A stretch of DNA of 64,000 nt from a bacterium. Its GTDB lineage: Bacteria; BMS3Abin14. Made by a program: the position numbers and the translations under genes. Positions 30,291 to 37,872 of this stretch are shown piece after piece; the first letter of the stretch is position 1; each line of letters opens with the position of its first letter. The DNA is taken from the NCBI GenBank assembly GCA_020350725.1, contig CP070719.1, positions 1,579,404 through 1,643,403 of the forward strand, in the 5' to 3' direction. The notes under the pieces were generated by a model that saw only the letters and a program-made list of their open reading frames with translations, was not told the DNA's origin and searched no databases.

Positions 30291-31057
30291 CGGGCGTTTC
30301 CCCCTTTGAGGATGCGGATAACGGCCTCGACCCTGCCCGCGATCCTGGTTGTCCCGGCATCCTCTCCGGTGAGGACGATGGCCGGGAATTCCGGATTGGC
30401 CGCCTCGAGAGCGATCCCGTCCCGGGTCCTTCGGAATCTCTTCAGGGTGGCTTCGTCGCCCACCACCGCGACCACGATGTCGCCGTCATATACTGTGGCC
30501 TGCGGTCTGACGAGGGCCAGATCCCCCGGCAAGATCTGTTCTCCCCGCATGCTGTTTCCCTTCACCCTGAGGAGAAAGTGATCCTGCCCAGCCAGGTTTT
30601 CATCGAGGTGGATGTAATCCTCCACCTCCTCGGCGGCAAGATCGAGGGCTCCGGCGGCCACCGATCCGACCACCGGAACAGGCACACCACCGGGCCCGTC
30701 GAGGGGTGAGGGGAACCGGGACAAAATCTCCAGGCCACGGGAGATACCGGGAATCCTCCTGATGAGCCCTTTCCGCTCCAGCGCCTCCAGGTGCTTGGCC
30801 GCAGCCCGCGGACCGGAGAGGTTCAGGTGATGGGCCAGTTCACGAACAGTGGGGGGATAGCCGTTCTCGGAAAGGAAGGTCCTGATATATGCCAGGACCT
30901 GTTGCTGTCTGGGTGTGAGTTCGTGCAAAAGGCCGCCCTCCCAATTATCAGATCTCCGACTCCATATCCGACAGGAATTCAAAGTCCACAGCCTGCCATC
31001 CGACTTTTCCACCGCTGCTATCAGCGAAGTTGGAAGCTTCACTTCAGGTGGGTCCAA
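30287..31057 (-). CDS. lexA: LexA repressor
   Basis: Winged-HTH LTPRQQQVLAYI...TVRELA. S24 peptidase catalytic Ser in GNSM and the Lys region (ATLKRF). Ala-Gly cleavage site (VAAGAL). ORF-track start is TTG at 31057. A more LexA-typical start is the in-frame TTG at 30928 (MHELTPRQQ), giving about 214 aa. Confidence 0.88.
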   Translation of the reverse strand: MDPPEVKLPTSLIAAVEKSDGRLWTLNSCRIWSRRSDNWEGGLLHELTPRQQQVLAYIRTFLSENGYPPTVRELAHHLNLSGPRAAAKHLEALERKGLIRRIPGISRGLEILSRFPSPLDGPGGVPVPVVGSVAAGALDLAAEEVEDYIHLDENLAGQDHFLLRVKGNSMRGEQILPGDLALVRPQATVYDGDIVVAVVGDEATLKRFRRTRDGIALEAANPEFPAIVLTGEDAGTTRIAGRVEAVIRILKGGNAR

Positions 31058-31127
31058 AATCCAAGATGAACAGAACTATGAATTAGGCCTGGCCGAAATC
31101 GGGGATTTTGGGTATTTACTTGACACT

Positions 31128-31172
31128 CGGTACTTTATACCTTGAACTGGCTTAAGGTATACTTATGTATAC
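31128..31172. promoter_or_regulatory. candidate LexA operator(s): GGTAC-TTTA-TACC and perfect palindrome GGTATAC-TTAT-GTATACC
   Basis: Two palindromic GGTA...TACC motifs at 31128-31140 and 31155-31172 in the divergent lexA/smc spacer, 100-230 bp upstream of lexA. They do not match the E. coli or published Geobacter consensus, so the assignment is by position only. Confidence 0.35.
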
Positions 31173-31480
31173 CACATGGGGTCTTAGAGGTAAAGAGGCA
31201 TTCGGGTCGGCAAGGCCCTTTCGGTTTCTTTACAACGGACCCGTTAAGTGATAGAGTTTGGCATCAAAGCGTCAAGTAGGACTCAACGGTTACGGGAATC
31301 AGCCCCCGGCCGGCTCCCTCCGCGGGCAGACTCGTCCGGCGGTGTCTGTCCGGTGCCGGTGTTCCGCCGGCGGAAGCGACGGGCCGGGGCATGTGAAGGG
31401 GCTCCTCTTTCCGACGGGCGTAATCCCCTTTGCCGCACCGTCTGCACGGGCACGTTCGGGAGCATTGTCGAGAATATGTC

Positions 31481-34400
31481 ATGCGCTTGAAACGATTGGA
31501 GATACAGGGATTCAAGAGCTTCCCTGACCGGACCGTCTTCAAATTCCAGGCGGACGGCCTCACGGCCATCGTCGGTCCGAACGGTTGCGGCAAGAGCAAC
31601 ATCGTGGACGCCGTCCGGTGGGCTCTCGGCGAACAGAGCGCCAAGCTGCTCCGTGGCCAGACGATGGAGGACGTCATTTTCAACGGCAGTGACAGGCGCA
31701 AACCCCTCGGCATGGCCGAGGTTACCCTCCTTTTCGAGAACGACGGCGGCCTCAACGGGCAATGGCGTGATTATTCTGAGATATCCATCAGCCGCCGTCT
31801 TTTCCGGACCGGCGAGAGTGATTATCTGATCAACGGTGTCCCGTGTCGCCTGAAGGATGTCCGTGAGCTTCTCGCCGACGCCGGCGGGAGCAGCAGGGGT
31901 TATTCCATCGTCGAACAGGGACGGATCTCGCTCCTTATCAATTCCAAACCCGAGGAGAAGAGAGCCCTCATCGAAGAGGCGGCGGGGGTCCTCAAGTACC
32001 GGATGAGGAGGCAGGAGGCGGAGCGCAAGCTGGAGAGGACCAGGCAGAATCTCCTCCGGGTAAGCGATATCATCCGCGAGGTCAAGCGACAGGTTGATTC
32101 CCTGAAACGGAGCGCGGCCAAAGCCCGCCGTTACCGAAGGCTCCGTGACGATCTCAACTCCCTGGTCCTGCGTGTCCGATACGAGGAATTTCAGGAATTA
32201 GGGGACAGCCTGTCCGGTCTCGAGGGTGAACTGGAGGAAAAGAGAGCCGCCATGGAGGGGAGGATGACGGCCCTCGCCGCCATGGAGGCCCGGGAGGAAG
32301 TCCTCAGGCTCGAACTGGCCGGTGGTGAGGAGAACATGACAAAAGCCTTCGAGGATGTCCGGTCCATTGAATCGGAGATCGCTCGCCTCGAGGGTGATAT
32401 ATCGGTAAGAGAAGGATCCGTCAGGTCCATCGAAGAGAGAATACACCGGCTCCTCGATGACGAGAAAAATCTCCAGAGATTGGGGGAATCGGAGGAACAC
32501 GAGCGGGTTCAGCTGGAACTGGAACTGGAATCCATCGAGGGAGAATACAGGAAATACAGCGAGGGGCTGGGATCGACATTGGAGGTCCTGGAGGGATCGG
32601 AGCGCGAGCTGGCTGAGATGCGCGAAAAAGTGGACGGAGCACGGAGGGGACTCTTTTCCCTCGGCACGGAGCGCTCCCGGCTCACTTCCGAGGTCGACTC
32701 CGGGAAGAAGGTGCTGGAGAGCATCCACAGGCGGAGGGGGGAGATCCTCTCGAGGGAGTCCTTTCTGGAAGAACGGATCCGGACGGCGCGGAGCGCCAGG
32801 GCCGAACGGGAGGACGAACTCGCCAAAGCCAGCGGCCAGAGGGAAGAGCAGCAGAGGACGATCGATGATCTGAAGGCCTGTCTCGACTCCTCCAGGGCAG
32901 AGCTATCCCAGGTAGAGAGCCGGCTGGTGTCTCTGTCCGAGCAGATGGCCGAGTTCAGGGGACTCCAGAGGACCCTGGCTGCGCTCGAGGACGAGATGGA
33001 GGGGTTCTCGGAGGGTGTGAGGGGGATCCTCAAGGAATACGCCGGATCCGGTGCCTCAGGCATCCTCGGGGTGGTTGCCGATCACCTTCAGGTGCCGCAG
33101 AGGTTCGAAAAAGCTGCACTGGCCGTCCTCGGCGAGCGGCTCCAGCACGTCATTGTCGATCATCCGGATAGCGGCCTGTCCGCAGTAGACTACCTCAAGG
33201 AACGGTCCAAGGGAAGGGGTGGTTTCATACCCAAGTCGCCCAGGACCAACGGCGGTGGAAACGGGAGTCTGGCTGCGGTTCAGGAGGAGGGAGTCCTCGG
33301 TCCTCTGACGGACCTGGTGGATTTCTCCGAAGACCTGAACGGCGTGGGGGATTTTCTGCTCGGCCATGCCGTTGTCGTTGAGAGCCTGGACAAGGCCCTG
33401 CGGCTGTGGAGGTCGAGCGGCTTTGAAGGCACCCTGGTGACCCTCGACGGAGATGTGGTGGAGCCGACCGGTGTCATCACCGGGGGCAGCCTGGATGGAG
33501 GCGGCACCGAGATCCTATCGCGTAAGAGAAGGCTGAAGGAGGTCCGCGAGCTGTCTGCCTCGCTGGACGTGGAACTGGGATCCACCCGGGTCAGGAGGGA
33601 CGACCTCAGGGAGAAGATCGCCTCCGATGAGGGGGAACTCGATGAAGCCCGCAGGCGGCTGCGTGAAGCTGAAAAGAGCTGTATCGATGGAGAGGGTTCC
33701 CTTGCCCTGTTGGAGAAGGAGGCCGTGCAGCTCGAGACATCGGTTGAGGACATCCGCACCGAGGCGAGAATGATCCAGGACGAGGCGGCCCAGACATCAA
33801 GACACATCCTGGAATGTCAGGAGAGGCTTGCGCGGCTGGCTGATGAGGAGGCTGCGACGCAGGAACGGCTCCAATCCCTCGAGGGGTCCCTCGGCGAACT
33901 GGAGGGGACACTCCAGGGGCTTCGCAGGGATGCCGAGGAGGCCCGCATCAAGGTCAATTCGATCACCCTGAAGCGTGAGAGCTCGGAGAAAGCCCTCGAG
34001 GGGGCGAGGACGAGGTCCAGAGAGTTTGAGGAACGCAGGAGCCGAATGAGGGAGGAGATCGAGGATTCCAGGGCGAGGATCCTGCTCCATCGAGAGGAAA
34101 TAGAAGCGGGCAGGACAGGTGTGGAGGAGGCCGCTGCGGAACTGGATGTCAGGAAGGAGCGGCTCGTAAGGTTGCGCGAGGAACAGGAACGGGCCCGGTC
34201 GGAAGCCGGCGAGGTAGCCGTTCAGGTCCGTGAGATGAGGCAGATCATCGGTATGATGAGGGATGAGGTGTCCAGGATCGATATCAGGATCCACGAGTTG
34301 AAAACCGAAAGGCAGGGGCTTCTGACAAGGGTCCAGGAGGAACACGGGCTCGATATCGCCTCGGTTTCAGCCGATCTCATCGGAGACCGGGAATACGACC

Positions 34401-35053
34401 GCCCTGAGGCGATGGAACGGATAGGCAGCCTCAGGCAGAAGATAGCGTCGCTGGGCGAGGTCAATCCAGGCGCCGTGGAGGAGTTCGAGGAGCTGAACCA
34501 GAGGTACGATTTCCTCACCGCCCAGAAGGACGACCTGGAAAGCTCCATAGAATCCCTGCAGAAGGCCATACGAAAGATCAACCGCAAGAGCAGGGAACGG
34601 TTCGTCAGTACCTTCAAGGAGGTCAATGAGAATTTCTCCCGCCTCTTCCCCGCCCTCTTCGAGGGGGGCAGCGGAGAGATGGTGCTTATCGACGAGAACG
34701 ATCCCCTGAACACGGGGGTGGAGATCAACGTGAAGCCGCCCGGCAAGAAGCTCAGGAGCATGCAGCTCCTCTCCGGCGGCGAGAAAGCTCTGGTCAGCCT
34801 GACCATGATCCTGTCCATGTTCCTGGTCAAACCCAGCCCTTTCTGCATCCTGGACGAGGTGGATGCCCCCCTGGACGACGACAATCTCAGCCATTTCGCC
34901 CGGATCGTCCAGGATCTGTCCCGGAAATACCAGGTCCTGGTGATCACCCACAACAAACTGACCATGGAATCGGCCGACGTTCTATACGGCATCACCATGC
35001 GGGAGCCCGGAGTTTCCCAGGTGGTCTCCGTTCGCCTCAGGGACGTGGCCTGA
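31481..35053 (+). CDS. smc: chromosome partition protein Smc
   Basis: N-terminal MRLKRLEIQGFKSF...GPNGCGKSN Walker A. Long coiled coils with a central hinge. C-terminal signature LSGGEKALVSL and Walker B ILDEVDAPLD. ATG at 31481 lies within the longer ORF. Confidence 0.93.
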   Translation: MRLKRLEIQGFKSFPDRTVFKFQADGLTAIVGPNGCGKSNIVDAVRWALGEQSAKLLRGQTMEDVIFNGSDRRKPLGMAEVTLLFENDGGLNGQWRDYSEISISRRLFRTGESDYLINGVPCRLKDVRELLADAGGSSRGYSIVEQGRISLLINSKPEEKRALIEEAAGVLKYRMRRQEAERKLERTRQNLLRVSDIIREVKRQVDSLKRSAAKARRYRRLRDDLNSLVLRVRYEEFQELGDSLSGLEGELEEKRAAMEGRMTALAAMEAREEVLRLELAGGEENMTKAFEDVRSIESEIARLEGDISVREGSVRSIEERIHRLLDDEKNLQRLGESEEHERVQLELELESIEGEYRKYSEGLGSTLEVLEGSERELAEMREKVDGARRGLFSLGTERSRLTSEVDSGKKVLESIHRRRGEILSRESFLEERIRTARSARAEREDELAKASGQREEQQRTIDDLKACLDSSRAELSQVESRLVSLSEQMAEFRGLQRTLAALEDEMEGFSEGVRGILKEYAGSGASGILGVVADHLQVPQRFEKAALAVLGERLQHVIVDHPDSGLSAVDYLKERSKGRGGFIPKSPRTNGGGNGSLAAVQEEGVLGPLTDLVDFSEDLNGVGDFLLGHAVVVESLDKALRLWRSSGFEGTLVTLDGDVVEPTGVITGGSLDGGGTEILSRKRRLKEVRELSASLDVELGSTRVRRDDLREKIASDEGELDEARRRLREAEKSCIDGEGSLALLEKEAVQLETSVEDIRTEARMIQDEAAQTSRHILECQERLARLADEEAATQERLQSLEGSLGELEGTLQGLRRDAEEARIKVNSITLKRESSEKALEGARTRSREFEERRSRMREEIEDSRARILLHREEIEAGRTGVEEAAAELDVRKERLVRLREEQERARSEAGEVAVQVREMRQIIGMMRDEVSRIDIRIHELKTERQGLLTRVQEEHGLDIASVSADLIGDREYDRPEAMERIGSLRQKIASLGEVNPGAVEEFEELNQRYDFLTAQKDDLESSIESLQKAIRKINRKSRERFVSTFKEVNENFSRLFPALFEGGSGEMVLIDENDPLNTGVEINVKPPGKKLRSMQLLSGGEKALVSLTMILSMFLVKPSPFCILDEVDAPLDDDNLSHFARIVQDLSRKYQVLVITHNKLTMESADVLYGITMREPGVSQVVSVRLRDVA

Positions 35054-35415
35054 TGCCCTTTCGCCGGGAACTCGGAAAGATCGTCAGCAGGGCCTCGGGC
35101 GCCGTCGGGGCCGTCTTCGTGGACGACAACGGCGAGACCATCGACCAGTTCACGAGCAGGGGAGACCAGGAGGATATCCGCCTGGTGGGCGCCCACCAGG
35201 GTATCGTTCTCCGGGAACTGCTCCGGGTGGTCAACAGGGCGGGAAACGGTGACAGGCTTCAGGGTGTGTCCATAACCTCCCAGAACCACGTTTACTCGGT
35301 GGTCCCAGTCGATGAGGATAATTTCCTGGTTCTGGTGCAGGACCAGACCGGTCTCCCCTCGCAGGGTATGAGGGTCCTGGAGGAGGCGGTGGAGGAGATA
35401 CGGGCGTTGATCTGA
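35053..35415 (+). CDS. Roadblock/LC7 (MglB-like) domain protein
   Basis: 120 aa. Pattern typical of the Roadblock/LC7 fold (GAVGAVFVDDNGETI...LVGAHQGIVLREL...DNFLVLVQD). Start overlaps the smc stop (TGATG). Confidence 0.6.
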   Translation: MPFRRELGKIVSRASGAVGAVFVDDNGETIDQFTSRGDQEDIRLVGAHQGIVLRELLRVVNRAGNGDRLQGVSITSQNHVYSVVPVDEDNFLVLVQDQTGLPSQGMRVLEEAVEEIRALI

Positions 35416-35652
35416 GGCCTACTCCCCGTGATTCGTGACTTCTGACTCGTGTAGTCAAATCGGGAACGTACTGAAGTATAAATCTCCGGCATTCGATCAC
35501 CAAGGTAGAAATCCCCGACCGATAGAGGAACCACCCATTGCCTCGACTTCAGACGACAAGAGGGGAACGGGGACGCCCATCTCTCCGAAATACGAATCAC
35601 GGATCACTCTCTTTCAGGGGCTTATTCCCGCTTTCTTTTATAACCACATTCC

Positions 35653-36621
35653 ATGACCACTCCCGGCGATAAGGACAGATACCTGATCGGTCTCGACAGA
35701 AGCCGCAGTTCCCTGATGGGACGGTTTCGGTCCATCTTCGGCCAGGGGGCCCAGATCGGCCGGGACCAGTTGGAGGAGCTGGAGGAAGCCCTTATTCAGG
35801 CCGATGTCGGTATGGATTACACCGTTCGGATCGTCGAGGAACTTGGCCAGGTCCTCGGAAGACAAAGAGCATGGACCCAGGAGGATATCAGGGGCTTCCT
35901 GACCGCCATCATTGCCAGGGCAGTGGGCGTGGGCGGGCGGAGGAGAGGCATGCTCTCCCTGTTGGAAGGCGATGCCGGTGGGGGTTCGCGGCAGGGAAAG
36001 GGAACCGAAGTCGTTCTCGTCGTGGGCGTGAATGGAACGGGCAAGACCACTACCATCGGCAAGCTGGCGCACCGTTTCCGGAAACGCGGTCTAAGGGTCC
36101 TTCTCGCGGCGGGGGACACCTACAGGGCTGCGGCGGAAGAACAGCTTGAGATCTGGGCCGAGCGATCGGGTTCCCTTTACCACCGCGGAAGCGAAGGGGC
36201 CGATCCGGCGAGTGTCGTCCACGACGCCCTCTCCATTGCTCTGTCCGGATCGGTGGACGTCGCCCTGGTGGATACGGCGGGAAGGCTTCACACCAAGGAA
36301 CCGCTTATGAGGGAGCTGGCCAAGATCATGAAGGTCGCCTCGAGGGTGGTGGAGGGAGCCCCCCACGAGGTTGTCCTGGTCCTGGATGCGACAACGGGAC
36401 AGAATGCTCTGGTCCAGGCCAGGACTTTCCTGGAGACCGTGGGAGTGACGGCGGTGATCCTCACGAAAATGGACGGGACGGCCAAGGGGGGGATCCTCAT
36501 ACCGATCGCCGGCGAACTGGGGCTACCGATCAGCTATGTCGGCCTGGGCGAGGGCCTTGACGACCTGGTTCCCTTTGATCCGCAGGCCTACGCGGAGGCC
36601 TTGATCGGAGGGGATGATTAG
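35653..36621 (+). CDS. ftsY: signal recognition particle receptor FtsY (NG domain only)
   Basis: GVNGTGKTTT G1. DTAGR G3. TKMDGTAKGG G4-like. An SRP54-type N domain precedes it. Confidence 0.92.
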   Translation: MTTPGDKDRYLIGLDRSRSSLMGRFRSIFGQGAQIGRDQLEELEEALIQADVGMDYTVRIVEELGQVLGRQRAWTQEDIRGFLTAIIARAVGVGGRRRGMLSLLEGDAGGGSRQGKGTEVVLVVGVNGTGKTTTIGKLAHRFRKRGLRVLLAAGDTYRAAAEEQLEIWAERSGSLYHRGSEGADPASVVHDALSIALSGSVDVALVDTAGRLHTKEPLMRELAKIMKVASRVVEGAPHEVVLVLDATTGQNALVQARTFLETVGVTAVILTKMDGTAKGGILIPIAGELGLPISYVGLGEGLDDLVPFDPQAYAEALIGGDD

Positions 36622-36749
36622 GGCTTCGGCAGATCCAGAATCCAAAGTCCAAAAAGTTAAAACCCATTGTACCTTGCATATAACGGCTCTAACTTTTTAC
36701 TTTTACCTTTTCACTTTCCACTGATTCCCGGTTTGACGTCGGGCGGTCG

Positions 36750-36941
36750 TCAATCGAATATCCCCCCGCAGTGGGAGAGAAAAACGGCGATGAGGACCAC
36801 AATGGCCACCAGGTAGAGCAGACAGCCGGTGGCCTCGAGGATCTTCCTGACGGTGTTTTTCGTGCCTTTTCCTCTCACGGCGACCCATGCTAACAGAAAA
36901 ACGGGGTCTGAACCATATCGTAAAATAGCGGCCGGTTTCAT
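36750..36941 (-). CDS. small putative membrane protein (63 aa from internal ATG)
   Basis: MKPAAILRYG...CLLYLVAIVVLIAVFL carries one clear TM segment. Weak RBS. Could be a non-coding region. Confidence 0.3.
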   Translation of the reverse strand: MKPAAILRYGSDPVFLLAWVAVRGKGTKNTVRKILEATGCLLYLVAIVVLIAVFLSHCGGIFD

Positions 36942-37215
36942 GTCGTCCCGGTGACAAATTGGGTCAGAAAATTTTTCCCGCTCCCCCGTTTCAGGAAAGG
37001 CAGACCCCTCGCTCCACCGGATCCCCGTCTCGGCAAACCACAAGAAAACCTATTTAGAATAGCTTGTTTAAGGCCCTCCCGAAGCAGTTTCCTGTGCCGT
37101 AATTGCCGGGAGGATTCTGCACAGAATCAATAGGTTACATTGGCAAATTATTTGCAATCGATAAGGTAAAGAAATAGCTGCCGTCAGGAATCGATCAGAA
37201 AGGGGGAGGTACTCG

Positions 37216-37533
37216 ATGAAGATGAACTGCTGGGAACACAAGAGATGCGGAAGAGAGCCGGAGGGCAGCAAGGTCCAGGAACTGGGTGTTTGCGCTGCCG
37301 CCGTGGAGAAAAGACTTGACGGAGTCCACGGAGGGATCAATGCAGGCCGGACCTGCTGGGTTGTTGCGGGCACCCTTTGCGGCGGTGAGGTACAGGGGAC
37401 CTTCGCGGAAAAGATGGGGAACTGCCGAAAATGCGATTTCTATCAGGCCGTCTGGCACGAGGAGGTGGGAGACTTCGAGACGGTGAGCCAGCTCCATGAG
37501 CGGCTCATCCGAGCGAGGGTCGCAGCTTCCTGA
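37216..37533 (+). CDS. cysteine-rich small protein with paired C-W motifs (two-CW-domain-like)
   Basis: Strong RBS GGGGGAGG 8 nt upstream. NCWEHKRCG and TCWVVAGTLCGG are followed by NCRKCDFY. 105 aa. This architecture is usually N-terminal to sensor kinases, but here it stands alone. Confidence 0.6.
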   Translation: MKMNCWEHKRCGREPEGSKVQELGVCAAAVEKRLDGVHGGINAGRTCWVVAGTLCGGEVQGTFAEKMGNCRKCDFYQAVWHEEVGDFETVSQLHERLIRARVAAS

Positions 37534-37589
37534 AGGCCCCACCGCCCGGTTGACTTTTGATAAGAAAAGAGTTACCAAAATGGCCTTCG

Positions 37590-37666
37590 GGCGGTGTAGC
37601 TCAGGTGGTTAGAGCATGCGGCTCATATCCGCAGTGTCCGGGGTTCAAGTCCCTGCACCGCCACCA
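37590..37666 (+). tRNA. tRNA-Met (anticodon CAT); elongator or possibly lysidine-type tRNA-Ile2
   Basis: Manual cloverleaf fold. Acceptor stem GGCGGTG/CACCGCC with G1-C72. D arm GCTC-AGGTGGTTA-GAGC. Anticodon stem TGCGG/CCGCA with loop CTCATAT. T arm CGGGG-TTCAAGT-CCCTG. Discriminator A plus encoded CCA. It is not an initiator tRNA (no C1xA72, no 3 G-C pairs in the anticodon stem). Confidence 0.85.
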
Positions 37667-37678
37667 CCCTAAAATAAA

Positions 37679-37702
37679 GGCCCTTTTCAGGGCCTTTTTT
37701 TT
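37679..37702 (+). terminator. rho-independent terminator after the tRNA
   Basis: GGCCCT tttc AGGGCC followed by T8. Confidence 0.8.
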
Positions 37703-37872
37703 AGGGTGGTGCGCATCGGAGTATGGGAGGATCGGGGCGTCGGGCAAAGGGCTGGAGGGGACGACCGAACCGCCCCTTGTTCAGAACTTTCCAGGTCGGA
37801 TTAAATCCTTTCACCGATGCGCCGAAACGCCGCCACACCCTTACCTTGGATAGATCGCCCAGTTACTGCCGA

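Noticed and set aside
29116-30309. 397-aa plus-strand ORF
   Set aside because: Antisense to dinB and the 84-aa ORF. Arg/Gly/Pro-rich with no domain. The same reasoning covers other long antisense ORFs: 2354-3265, 20686-21549, 24571-25404, 26972-27925, 34222-35289, 38740-39813, 44053-44925, 52767-53810, 59359-60234, 61392-62732.
31264-31762. Two overlapping minus-strand ORFs in the extremely GC-rich smc leader
   Set aside because: No RBS, and Arg/Pro/Ala-rich artefactual translation. The region more plausibly serves as a structured 5' UTR or promoter for smc.
31481-35053. Possibility that the 1207-aa SMC-like protein is a Wadjet/JetC-type defence condensin
   Set aside because: It has canonical Smc N- and C-terminal head motifs and a hinge, it is followed by ftsY as in housekeeping smc loci, and there are no jetA/B/D-like partners.
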